The notes: generated from the sequence alone by a model not told the origin. Positions 40,049 to 52,756 are shown, counted from the whole stretch's first letter. The stretch: 63,416 nucleotides of DNA, filler included, from Reticulomyxa filosa (GCA_000512085.1; 18 parts of 18 records of this genome joined end to end with filler, not necessarily neighbours in it), one strand, 5' to 3'. A program made the numbers and translations.

Positions 40049-41257
40049 ATGCAGTGGCTGAGGCTTCAAAAAAAGAAAATTGAAACGAATACAAACAAAA
40101 AAGGAGCATTCGTTTCAAATTTGGTAAATTTTTTTACAAAAAAAAAAACAAAAACAAAACAACTGGATTTGTTTTGTATGATTCGCAAACCAAAAAAAAA
40201 AAAAGTCAGCAAATGATATAACAACAATAATTCAAAATTGGCTTCGGACCTTGAATGTGAAATTGGGATGGATTCAGGACTTTGATAAAATTGTCATAGA
40301 ATTTGTTTAGTCTTTTCTTTGAATGTGTTGTATGTGAATTCAGACATTGATCATAAATGTTTCAAATAGTCTAGAACATATTTTAAAGTGTTGCAAGTTT
40401 TGCAAGGACATAACAACAGCGTAAGAAGTGTACGATTTTCAGCAGATTACAGCAAGATTATTTCATCATCAGTGGATAAAACAGTTCGAATATGGGACGT
40501 GGCATCAGGAGAAACAATCCAAACTTTCAATGGACATTCTAGTTATACCAGCTTTGCAGAATTTTCACAAGATGCAAATACTATAATTTCATGTTCGGGG
40601 GATCAATCAATTCGATTATGGGATGTAAAGTCAGGAAAAGAGTTGATGAAATTTGAAGGACATTCAGATACAGTATGGCAAGCGATATTTTCTCCAAATG
40701 GCAAAAATATATTGTCTTGTTCATTGGATGCAACTATACGATTCTGGGATGTTGAATCTGGAAAAGAGATTAAAAAAATTGTGAAACATTCTTCTTCGAC
40801 AAATAGCGTACATTTTTCACCTGATGGACAAATGTTTGTATCTTCTTCGAGTGATAAAATAATTGCTTTATGGGATGCAAAATCTGGAGAGAGAATAAAA
40901 CAATTAGAAGGTCATTCCAAACCTGTATTGCGTGCAAGATTTTCTTCGGATGGTCGATTCATTGTATCTTGTTCATATGATAAGTCAATTCGAATATGGG
41001 ATGTGCAATCAGGAAAAGTGCTGAAAACAATTGATGTGTGCTCCGATGTTGTGAAAGATGTAAAATATTTTCCAGATGATCAAATTATTGTATCTTGTTC
41101 CAGCGACACCTTCATTTCTTTGTGGAACGTAAAAACAGGGCAAGAAATACAGAGATTGGAGGGACATTCTGGCTCTGTAATAGGTGTGGATGTTTCGTTC
41201 GACGGCAGTACAATTGCATCATGTTCATTTGATAGGACCATTCGGATCTGGGGTTGA
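40049..41257 (+). CDS. WD40-repeat protein with GWIxDFDK cassette; exons 40049-40123, 40206-40304, 40370-41257
   Basis: MQWLRL..VSNL|SANDITTIIQNWLRTLNVKLGWIQDFDKIVIEF|SRTYFKVLQVLQGH.. followed by 7 regular WD40 repeats. Both introns are GT-AG, phase 0. Confidence 0.92.
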
Positions 41258-41587
41258 AGCAAATGTACAAAACGTTTTCATCTCAACATATTTTCCAAAT
41301 ATTTGGCTGTTCATTTTTTCTATTTCTTTCAAAATACTAAAATTTCGTCGTTATTAGATCTTTTGGAATTTCGCAGTTACTCATTTCTTTGATTGTATTG
41401 AAAGAAAAAATACTGTTGACTATAGTATTTTCCAAAAGATAACACAATGTACATATATTTTTTTCTTTGAAATTGCAAATGTAAAAAAGTTTAAACTAAT
41501 AAAAGTTAAAGTTCATAAAATTTTCACAATCGGGAATAAAAAGGATAAAGTTAAAATCTTGTTTTTAATCATCTGACGAAATTTGTG

Positions 41588-42787
41588 ATGGGCGCGAGCC
41601 AAAATAAGGGTCATATTCCCTTTAGTATGAACAAATACGATACTGATACTGCTGACAAAGTGAACGACTCACCACAGTTGGTAAACTTTACTTGTCAGTC
41701 TTTGTGACCAAACACAGTGTATTTTTTTGTTTGTGATGAATTAGCCGGAACAAAATATTCAAGTAATAATTCAAAACTGGCTTCGAGTTTTGAATGTAAA
41801 AGCAGGATGGGTTAGTGATTTTGACAAAATTATTGCCAAATACGTTAAATTTTTGTTTTATTTTTTTGAAATCAAATAAACATGTTTATTTTCTTGTTAA
41901 TATCTATAACATAGAGTAGATATTTTCAGCAGCTAAGAGTCATAAAAGGACATGATGGCGGAGTAAACAATGTAAGATTTTCAGCAGATTGTCACAAAAT
42001 TGTTTCCTCATCAGATGATACTACAGTCCGGATATGGGATGTTGCATCAGGAAAACAAACCCAAACTTTTGAAGGACATTCCGCTCCAGTTACCGATGCA
42101 GAATTTTCACCCGATGGACGTACTGTTGTATCATGCTCACATGACAAGACAATTCGATTATGGAATGTGAAATCAGGAAGAGAGATAATGAAAATAGAAG
42201 GACATGGTAATACAGTAATAAATGTAGGCTTTTCTCCAGATGGTAAAAATATTGTGTCATGTTCAGCTGATACAACGATAAGATTATGGGATGTAAATTC
42301 TGGAAATGAGGTTCGAAAACTTGCGGATAATCCAGGTTGGGTGTTAAGTGCACGATTTTCACCAGATGGCCAAATGATCATTTCGTCATCTCAAAACATT
42401 ATTACTTTATGGAACGCAAAATCAGGTGAAAAACTGAAAGAATTACAAGGTCATCATAGTCTTGTACTACGTTCCAAATTTTCTCCTAATTGTCGATTTG
42501 TTGTTTCTTGTTCACGCGATAAGACAATTCGGATATGGGATGTAGAATCTGGAAATGAAGTTAAAAAAATAGAATGGTATTCAAGTGATGTAAAATATTT
42601 TCCAGATGGTCAAACTATTTTATCTTGTTCAGATGATAATACAACTCGAATATGGGATGTGAAAACAAGACAGGAAATTCAGAAATTAAGAGGGCATAGT
42701 GGCTGGGCAACAGGAGTAGATATTTCATCAGATGGTAACACTGTCGTGTCATGCTCCTATGACAAAACGATTCGAATCTATGGATGA
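41588..42787 (+). CDS. Tandem paralog WD40-repeat protein with GWVxDFDK cassette; exons 41588-41680, 41745-41843, 41915-42787
   Basis: MGASQNK..PQL|PEQNIQVIIQNWLRVLNVKAGWVSDFDKIIAKY|SRYFQQLRVIKGH.. followed by 7 WD40 repeats. Same intron positions and phases as the upstream paralog. Confidence 0.92.
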
Positions 42788-43294
42788 GACAAATTACATA
42801 AAAAAAATATTTCTTTTTTCTTTTAATATTTTAGGTGTTGCTAGATTCTTTAGTGTAGGCTTTTGATGTTTCCTTCAAAATTTTATGATATATCTAAAGA
42901 TTAGTCAATTTCTAATCAACGTTGTTATTATTTTCACTGAAATCTTCTAAGCTTCAAAATATATTTTTTGTATCTCTTGCTAGACAAATTATCACTTATT
43001 AAAAAGATTGAAATTTGTGGAAGGTAACACAATTCTTTTACAGATTATTACAGAAGTTTTAATCTTGCTATCACTATAAAAATATTTTTTAAGTTGAAGT
43101 GGGAAAAATATTCATAGTTGCGCAAAAGCGCAAAATTTAAAATTGCTTTTTTATCAAATGAAACATTTAAATTGAAACATAGAAAGTCTAAGAAATAAAA
43201 CAGTCAAAAATTAAACTTGCTCATACAATAAAATTTTCCTCGACATTTGGCAAACAGTTTGTTCTTAGTCTTGTTTTTTTCATTCAATTATCAA

Positions 43295-46076
43295 TTACTT
43301 AAGAATAAAAGTCATCAAATTTGCCAAAATGGTTTGCGCAAAAGCAATTGGAGACTTTTGATAAAAATTGTTCAATATCGTCTTTGTATATTGTTCCCAA
43401 AATGGATCATGTAGCAAATCACAAATGAACCGATGAAAGTGCTGTTGACAAGACAAATCACCGTTTGGGAACAGTAATTGTAACACGCCAAACAGTGGTG
43501 GCACAATATTCGTGTTTTCGTTCCATTCCATTAACTATACAACAAACAGTAAAAAAAAATGTTTTTTTTATGAAATTGCGTTTTTTTTAGACAACAAAAG
43601 AAACTGAACTGAAATGAAATTTTCTTTGACATTAGAAGTAAAAAAGAATCTTGACATAATTTCAACAGCGATTTGACAAGAATTTGGATCACAAAGCTCA
43701 ACGAAAAAATAGTTGGTTAATTTCATAAAAACAGAACTCCATTGATTAAAATCCTTAGATTGAATTTTTTCTGGCTTGTCAACGGTTTTTTGCAACAATA
43801 TCATGTGTGATTTCAATAAATTTCCCAATTCATTTTTTTTTAAGTCTTCTAAAATACAATACCAAATGATCCAGCCTTTGCATTTTATCCCAAGAATTTC
43901 TTCCTCCCCATCGAAAGGGTATTGAACCCCAACACTCACAAAATCGACAAGTTCATTTTTAAAACTATTTGAAATGACCTGGTTTCTCAATTTTTCATGT
44001 TGTAACAATTTGTTTGCATAGCATTGCCAAATTTTGGGATGATGCTCAAGTACTTCACTCAAACAATGAATTCCTACTTTGTTGACATTAGCACACGTGG
44101 AGTGTGTTTGCGACGACCACAGCATTTCAATAATGGAATAGATTCCCTCAGTGACGAGGCAATCATCGTTGTTTCCCTTATAAATTCGAAGTAAACGACT
44201 ACACAAAATGAAAACGTTACATTGAAACTCCCACCACTGATCATTTGCACACAATTGAAACAATAAAGGATTGGTGGTGCCAAACAATACATTGCAAATG
44301 CAATCCATTGCTTCTTTTTTTTGAAATTGTGGCAACAAAGTCAAATGTGCCAAAATGGCTACACTTGCCGTTCTCACGTTTACGCATGCTGTAGAAAGGC
44401 CATTGATCGCGTAATACAAACAGCACTCGATGACATCCTCTTGAATCTGTTCTTGATCGGCTTTTTGATTTGTCAGCAAAACGCATATCAACATAGTAAA
44501 TAACTCCACATCTCCGGATAACTGGTGCAGGTAGCGCACCAACTCCATAGTTAACAAGTGGCTCCACCATTTCATGACGAGCACTCTTTTTTTGTAATGG
44601 CTCCGGATTATGTCTGCAAAACATTGGAGTCCAAATTCATGCAGCATATCGTAACTGGATCCATCTGTTCCAGTGGCTACGTTTTTTGGAGAGGATTTGG
44701 AGTTGCTTCGTTGTTCGCGCATTTTTAAAAAAATAGAGTCCCCAAAAGCGAGCCAGCAACGTAGCGTGCAAGAATCGATTTTGAACGTTTCGACCCCTTT
44801 GCTTAGTACACTCATGAGCCTCCACATTTGTTTTGGATGAGAAAAAGCAGCTTTCACAAGTAAGCCGTCTTCAACACTTGCTTTAGTTAAATGTTCAAAC
44901 AATTGTATTATGATTGCAGTTTTTCCTTCCTGTTCATGCTGTATCAGCCAATGGAACCATTGTTTTTGCCAATCTTCATGCTTATTGCCATCGAAACTTT
45001 CCGAAAGTGACATCTTTTCCTTGCACAACTGCAGATATTGAATAAAAACATCGTCGATAGATTGCTGAACTAAAAGTACGTTTTTTCGAGGACCATTGTC
45101 TGATGAGGACAATTTTGACAGATTTACTGCCTCCAAATTTTTGGATGGCTCATCTCTTTCGTTAGGAATAGAAGCAGCTTCCACTTTGGAGCCACTCATT
45201 TTGTTTTTCAAGTTTGCAATACTTTCATAATCAATTTTTTTAATGTTTATTTTTTTTACGAAACAGTTTACATTTTTATTCGGTAAACCGTTTCCATCTG
45301 TCTTGCCTTTGTCTTCAGCGTTATGATTTGAAGTTACTTGCTTTTGTGGACGCCTTTTCATCTTGGTTGAATTTTGGGCCTTCCTTTGTGCATATATTGC
45401 TTCCTTGTGCGCTTCCAATATATGCAAAGCCTCCATTTTATTGTGCGCTAAATCGACTGTTGCTAAGTCGTAGCCACGAAATTCTTGAACAAGTGCATTT
45501 GCTGCTGTCGGCATTGCGTAATTTGGAAGTTCTTTGTTTTGAGGAGCAACAACAGGTATTTTCAATCTTTCCATTTTTTGTTGATGGCGTCATTGTTATT
45601 TGCTTGAGCCAGTGAGCATATACGAATCAAAAAAAAAAGGCTCTTTGGCAAAGTAAACTGAACTTTTTACTTGTAAGTTTTTCGTACAAACGGTTGATGA
45701 ATAATTGTGGTGTGTTTGATTGATTTGTAGTTTTACAATAAATGATGGCATTAATTTCGCTTTCATCATAAGCAAAGCTAATCTTGTTTAACAATTTTAA
45801 TATTAGAGACCAATTGTCTTTTTTGGTAGCAATATTGCAGCCGTTATCAAAGGAGTGCATTTCAACTTCATTTGGAAAATATCGCGATAAAATCTCGGCT
45901 ACCATGAAGCCATTACTAAAATCTCTAATTGAAAGTGTCAGAGAGAATATTTTGATTTATTTCAAAGTACACTTTAAATAAAGTGAAAATCTAACATACC
46001 TTTTAACGTTTCGAACAGGAAAGCTGAGATCAAGCCCTTGAATCCATTTTAAAACTTCTCTTGGAAGACCGCTCAT
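43295..46076 (-). CDS. SPATA4: SPATA4-like calponin-homology (CH_2) protein with a long helical C-terminal region, multi-exon
   Basis: [26 protein letters not shown]|[33 protein letters not shown] is the SPATA4/SPEF1-type CH domain. Continues through ORFs 45574-43568 and 43531-43295. Confidence 0.85.
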
Positions 46077-46358
46077 CCTTACAATAATAAAAAAACAAGA
46101 ACAAAAAAAGTGCAATTTGAGTGTGAATTCTCTCTTTGCTGACGTTGCATGAACAATTTTTGCCAAATAAGCTGGAAATGCAAAAAAAATGTAATCATAC
46201 CCAAAAAAAAAAGATTTAATTGCATGTACAAAAAAAAAATATGAGCTGGTAACAGCAAAATGACATAATGGATTCTAATTTTGAAACCCCCAAGATAATT
46301 GAAAATATTATCAAACTAATTTAAAAACAATAAGCTGCATAATATTATAAATCGAAAA

Positions 46359-47580
46359 ATGTCAGGAAAGGTGACATGGTTTTGGTTATGTTTATGGCAC
46401 ATTGTGTCATCGAATGGTGCATGTGTGTCCCGCACGAGCGATACTGAGTGGTGGTCGCCAACGATAAGCGAGACGAAGAAGGACCTGTCGGGCGGGATCC
46501 AGCGAGGAGAGAGTGAGTTAGTGACAGTGCGAGCGATGAGAACATTGGACGAGGAGATTCCAAGTGGAGTATGGAATCGAACAAACTGTCCACATTTGCA
46601 ATCGGGATTGATCTACTGGGAGTCAGCAAGCACGTGGTCATCGACGTTGGGACACATTCCAACGAGCAGTGATAAGACGATAACGTTGCCAAGCAATAAG
46701 AAGGTGGTGCTTCGCAACTGTTCGTTTTCGGTGATAACAAACGACGTGAGCCACCCGTACCAGCAAATCGTGGTCCCCAGTGGGAGCGAGTTGATTTTTG
46801 ATGACAGTGACATTGAGTTACATGTGAGAGAGATCAAGATATCACAAGGGGGTAAATTATCAATTGGAAGCGAGTCATGTCGATTGTTTAGCAACATTAA
46901 AATTGTGTTTCATGGTAACAAGTCGGACTCATCCGTGTCCAACTCGGACTCGTCAAAGACGAGCAAAGGTATACTGAACAGTGGTGGCACTGTGGACATC
47001 CATGGGAAACAATACCACCCCACGTGGACACGTCTGACGTATACTATCGTTCCTGGAGACGACCTCGTGTACTTGCAAGACCAAGTGAACTGGGAGGTCG
47101 GACAACAGATTGTGGTAATCACCAGCTCGTGGTTCGATTGTCCGCCCGAGTACGAAGACGATTGGTGCACCCCATGCTATTCTTGGCAATCGTGCGACGT
47201 TGCGAAGCAACAAAATGAAGTGCGCACCATTGTGGCCATTGACAATTCCACCGACGGAAACTTTCGCATCCTTCAGGTCGATTCCCCTTTCCAATACCAA
47301 CACTGGGCCTCGTTCGAATACCAGTCCGAGGTTGTGCTGCTGTCCAGACGCATCGTCGTCGAGGGCACTGACACTGGTGACAACTTTGGTGGACACATTC
47401 TCATTGGCGGGGATACCTATGGCATTGGCCGCATTTCTGGGGTGCTCGGATACCAAATGGGACAGCTCAATATCCTGGGAAGGTATCCCTTCCACTTCCA
47501 TTTGATTGGAAAAGGAGATAACGCAAAGGCTTCTTACTTCCAAGATTGCGCCGTTTGGAAGTCTTACTTCCGATGCTACG
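46359..47580 (+). CDS. Secreted G8-domain protein (PKHD1L1/TMEM2/CEMIP-like), 3' truncated
   Basis: Signal peptide; IVVPSGSELIFDDSDIELHVREIKI..GGKLSIGSESC; PTWTRL; VNWEVGQQIVVITS; QNEVRTI; EVVLLSRRIVVEG; FGGH; MGQLNILGRYPFHFH. Confidence 0.9.
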
Positions 47581-47628
47581 TTATGTTTTTTTTTTTTTTT
47601 TTGATTAATTGACAATGATGATGATGAC

Positions 47629-47664
<36 letters not shown>

Positions 47665-47794
47665 NNNNNNNNNNNNNNNNNNNNNNNNNNNNNNNNNNNN
47701 NNNNNNNNTTAATTAATTAANNNNNNNNNNNNNNNNNNNNNNNNNNNNNNNNNNNNNNNNNNNNAAAAAAAATAAAAAAAAAAAAAAAAAAAAA

Positions 47795-49766
47795 ACAAAC
47801 AGGTTTCAGATCGACCCATTGACGGTGGCCATTGTCTTTTCCAACTGCCTCTGAAGAGTTAGCCTCAATGTAGTCTTGATACCCTTTTTTAATTTCGGTC
47901 AAGTAGGCAAAGTCGAGATGAAATATGTCTTTACGGCCGAGTGGGTAAAACGTGTCAAAGGTTTTGAACTTTCGATTGGAGGATAATTCGGAATGTAAGT
48001 CCAGGACAATCGACCGAAATATCAATGCGTGTGCCAAAAACATGAGATTTTCAATGGCATAGCATTGAGACAAAAAATGCGCAAAAAAGTCGTATTCGTC
48101 GGTGACATTACTTTTTAAATAGTCGAACAGTTGCACACGACGATCGAGTTTGTCACGAATGCGTTCCAGCGTTTGAATATGTGACCCATTGATTGGAGCA
48201 CCCTTTTTATATATACATATATATATATATATATATTACACAATACATACATATTATACGTAAATATATGTATACATCTATATACGTACGTATATTAAAT
48301 ATGTTAATAAATTTAGACCCACTGTATCACATTTTTAAAAAAAAAAAAACAAAAAAAAAAACTGAGCGAGCAGCCAATTTCTTCAAATCCTCTTTGTTCA
48401 TGCGATTGAAGCTCGAAGTAGAAGGCTGCATTGCAGTAGTGGACATGGTAGAACGACGATGAAAGCGCAATAGACGATACAGAGGAGAGACGAAGGCGTA
48501 GCATCCGGCCATGCCCACTATACAATATATGTATTATACGTGTATGTATGTATGTATGTATGTATGTATGTGTGTATATTAAGCACAGTGACAGCAGGAC
48601 AAAGATGAAACATGCACGTATACGCAATGCAGCATAAAACAAAACCAAAAAAAAAAAAAAAAAAAAAATATCTCAACGCAAAAAGTGGACAACGAACAAG
48701 GACCAATGATAGTGCAGAGATTTAGGATGAGAGCGTCCAAAGACGGAGACGTCAACTTGGGACCAAATCCACAGCAGCGTCCACATGAACCCCAAGCCGG
48801 GGATGACGATAGCGATGCGAACGCACTCGCGAAAGCTACCAATGTTGTCACCCGACAGTCTCGTCTGCCACAGCAACATCATCAAGACCATCAACAACAG
48901 GATCCAAGGCACGATGATCCAATACACCATTTTCGGATGGTTGAGTCGCGACAGCGCGGTCAAAGACCACAGCACGATCAGCAGTATTGACAGCAGCAAT
49001 AGGACAAACGTGCACTCCGCGTACATAACGCGTGCGCGCGAGCTCTCGACTAACTTGTCGTTGTCTTCTGTGCTGCCCACGTTTCGTCGCGTACTTTGTC
49101 TCGACAGTGATTTCAGCTGTGAGGATGACCCTTTCAATGCGCTCTGTTTGCTGGGTGCTCTTTCCCTTGTCATGTTCCCATCTACACTTATTATTGTCTC
49201 TGTTTGAGTAATTGTCTTTTCTTCTTTTTTTTCTTCTTTTTTTTCTTCTTCTTGTTCTTGCTTTTTCTTTTCCTCTTCCTTTCCATCTTTTATTCGTTCC
49301 GTCGTTATTCCCTTGCTTTGCTCGATTTCTTTCAACAATGTCTGCTGCATTGTCTCTTGTTCGATATTGTTCTCGTTCGGCACTGGCACTATATCTATGC
49401 CTATCAACTGGTTTATGTGACTCTTCTTCAGGTTTGCTCGCTCAATTTCCAAACGCCGATGCACTGTGTATACACGCAAGATTGACACTCCCGATACTAT
49501 CAGCACACTCACGTGACATGTCCCTATTAACACCATGAGGTCTCCAAGCTGTTCGATTGAAACAACGCTACGAATTCCATCAGGAACGAGTATGCCAACG
49601 CCCAACCTATCCAGTACATGTGCGAAGGTACGCGACCTTTCAATATATAATGATGGTTGGTCTTACGGTATTCATACATAAATAGCAAAGGAAGTATGAT
49701 CAAACACACTAGCCAAAAGAAAGCTGATATTTTTCCTAGTATTGTGACCAGCATGGCTTTTTCCAT
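47795..49766 (-). CDS. 7TM-RGS protein (7 TM segments plus C-terminal RGS domain), multi-exon, one frameshift near 49606, 3' truncated
   Basis: TM segments in ORFs 49766-49527 and 49605-48673. The spliced last TM reads SLFVVHFLLGMAGCYAFVSPLY. RGS-like segment YDFFAHFLSQCYAIENLMFLAHALIFR. Confidence 0.75.
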
Positions 49767-50026
49767 GGGAAATTACTTGCAGAATTTTTTTCGCAGTGTC
49801 TGCTTTTCATATTTGTTACGACTTTTGTTTTTCCTCAGTGCGTACATGTAAAGACAGACATATTCTCTTTTGAAGTAAAGATTATTTATTGTTAAAATGG
49901 AAAACTAAACGTTACATAACTTATCACTTTTAAATAATATATCAAACACTAAGGGGGTTTCACCGCATGTATTTTGAAAATTAATAGCCTCACTGACCAT
50001 TTGCTCGTCCTTTTCTTGAAAGATCA

Positions 50027-50710
50027 ATGGCAAAAGAAAAAACCGAAGATGAGAAGGAGCATTATGACCGTCAAGGTTATGTGACTTTCCATCAAACTCC
50101 AGGAAATATGATGACGTAAGTTTTTGTGTTGATTTGTTGGAATAAGGAGAGTAAAAAACGGCCAAACAAATAAAAATGGTTGAAAAAGGTTTAACTCACG
50201 CCATGGATATTTAGAGGCACTAGTCCGTGGGTTTCGTTCAGGGTTTATGGGTGAAGCCGAGTATCGCCAACTGGCGCAATGTGAGTCATTGGAAGATTTC
50301 AAGCTGTGTTTTCAAGAAACAGATTATGTGGACGTATTGCAAACGTCTGATTTCAGTGCAAAATTAACACCACAAATGATCGAAGACAGAGTGTAAAAAA
50401 AAAAAAAAAAAAAGAACACTTATTTGTTTTTTTCCTACTGTTTTGTGTATGGCAGCAATATGAGAAATAACGTTCCAAACTCACACAAATAATAATAATA
50501 ATAATAACAAAGATGGGAGAAATTTGTGGAAGAGTTCTTCCATTTGAGGGATCAAGCCACGGGTGAATTGTCAACGTTTTTCCACTTTATACAATACGAG
50601 TATATGATCAAAGCCGTGTTCTTTGTCATTCGAAGTATAATGAACTTTAATGACCCTTTGAAGATTTTGCCTCAAGTGGACAAAATGGGAAAATTTCCTG
50701 GAATGCGAGT
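50027..50710 (+). CDS. ATP6V0D: V-type ATPase V0 subunit d, 5' exons
   Basis: Spliced ..NMMT|FNSRHGYLEALVRGFRSGFMGEAEYRQLAQCESLEDFKLCFQETDY..DRV|WEKFVEEFFHLRDQATGELSTFFHFIQYEYMI. Largely missed by the ORF track because of introns. Confidence 0.93.
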
Positions 50711-50924
50711 TAATTGGATAATGCCTTTGTTTATAAAGAAAAAAAAGGAAAAAAAGGGAGGAAGAGGAACACATAAACAAAAACTGTGGCCNNNNNNNNN
50801 NNNNNNNNNNNNNNNNNNNNNNNNNNNNNNNNNNNTTAATTAATTAANNNNNNNNNNNNNNNNNNNNNNNNNNNNNNNNNNNNNNNNNNNNAAAAAAAAA
50901 AAAAAAAAAAAAAAGAAAAATAAA

Positions 50925-52357
50925 GATCTGCAAACGGCTGTATTCCCCTTGCACTTTCCCTCGCCTGTGCAATGGGACGAAGAGACATATGAAAAGTACG
51001 AAAAGTGTTGCGACGAGTATTATAAAACTGCTTGCCAATTTCGAATCGACACGAGTTACGTCGGGATAAACAACGTGTCGTTCCCACCTCCACCCAATCA
51101 GGTAATCCCTTTGCCAATTGAAGATGAGGAGGAAGAGGAAGAGGAAGAAGAAGAAGAAGAAGAAGAAGAAGAAGATTCTTTGCCAGGCATAATGTTCGAG
51201 AAAGACTTGTTTACGATGAAACCACCACTTTTTGCACATGGGCTCAATGCGCATATTCGCAATATCAAAACCGATGATGAACAAAAACCTATTGTGGCTA
51301 ACACAAATACAAATGCAAATGTTATTGACATGGATAATCCCATCTTCCATCCCTTGCCTTTATTCCCTTTGCATCCTACTCTCGCAGAGGTATCCGCTTG
51401 TCCCATCAAATCCGAAACGTTGACACATAGCGATGGCCTCGCCCGTGCTGATTATTGTTATGATTTCCTGACAATGCCCGGCGATGTCGCTCCGTTCGGT
51501 CCCATCCCCCCTATGGATCACACTGTTGACAGGGGCTCGGAATTTGACAGCGATTTCGAAGACGAGCGCGCTGCTGGAAATATGGGAGGGGATTATAGTA
51601 ACGCCTTTGCCACGTCTGCTCTACGAAGAAGGCAACAACAACAACAACAACAACAAAACGTAATCGATTCTCAATTAACACAAACGCAAATACAAGAACA
51701 AGAACAAGCGGACGGAGGACACAACTTAATATCTCTTCCACAACTAAATCCAACTGTCGCAAAGGATAACAATGATACAGAAACAGACACAGACGAAGAT
51801 CTTGCGAAAAATAGCGATGTGGAACGAAGAAAAGACATGGCCAAAGCCAAAGCCAAAACATCTGAAAATATTAACAACATTTTGCATACCATACGAAGAG
51901 CGGAGCAAATGCAAACACATTTAACTGGTTCATGCTACTTGTCTTTCTTTTTGCTTATTCATAATACACTTTTGGTAAGATGTTTTTGTTTTGCTTTGTT
52001 TTTCAGGACAGACAAAACCATCAGTTTTGAAAGAACTGGGCTTACAAGTAGATAAAAAAAAAGAGGGTCCAATTTCATCACTAATCCTGAAGATCTCATT
52101 ATTGACAAAGATGCGCAAGAAGACTCCAAGAAAAAAACAAAAGGTAAAAGGCAAACCGGATCCAAATCCAAAAGCCGAAAAAAGCAAAACAAAACTGTCT
52201 TTGACGTTGAAACAACCAAAAGATCACGGAAAAACAACAGTGGAGCTAATGCAACTCTGGCAGCACGTCGTATACGAAGAAAGAAAAAGCCCAAAACTAA
52301 TACCAACAATGACAACATAGAACCTGCTGACATCAATGCCCTTTTTGACGAATAAGT
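50925..52357 (+). CDS. C-terminal part of an acidic low-complexity protein, unknown function
   Basis: 368-aa ORF with poly-E and poly-Q tracts, then an intron (~51928-52006) and a terminal exon. Confidence 0.6.
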
Positions 52358-52756
52358 GCAAAGTTTGTTTGCTTTGTTTTACCTCCAATTACTATCCCTC
52401 CTTCCTTCGCTCTTGGGGTCTAGTATTATCTCTCGGTCATGAAATTCACATTGTCAACTTTTGTACTGTTCCAACAAAATGCGTAATTACATATGAGGGC
52501 AGATAGAAAATAGTTGAAAGATTAAATTTGTAACGCTGAACACTTTGTAAACGATCTGATCAAGATTTTCTCATTTAAAAAAACTTTTTTTATTATTGTT
52601 ATTTTATTTTTTCCTCGAGCTCTGGCTCAGTAATAAGAAGCGGCGAATAATTGACAGAAGCATTTATTAGATCGACAACAATTGAATATAAATCGGTCTC
52701 AAAATTTATTGCAGAAGTTTTCTTGTTTACAAAACATTCGTATATATGGTCATTGA

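Noticed and set aside
48673-48780. Possible second frameshift in the last TM of the 7TM-RGS gene
   Set aside because: The original frame splices in phase 1 to give a continuous TM helix (VHFL-L-GMAGCY), so no shift is needed.
50100-50200. Apparent frameshift or editing at the start of V-ATPase d (ATGGTTGAAAAAGGTTTAAC)
   Set aside because: A canonical gtaag...aag intron (50116-50188) resolves it, giving MMT|FNSRHGYLE.
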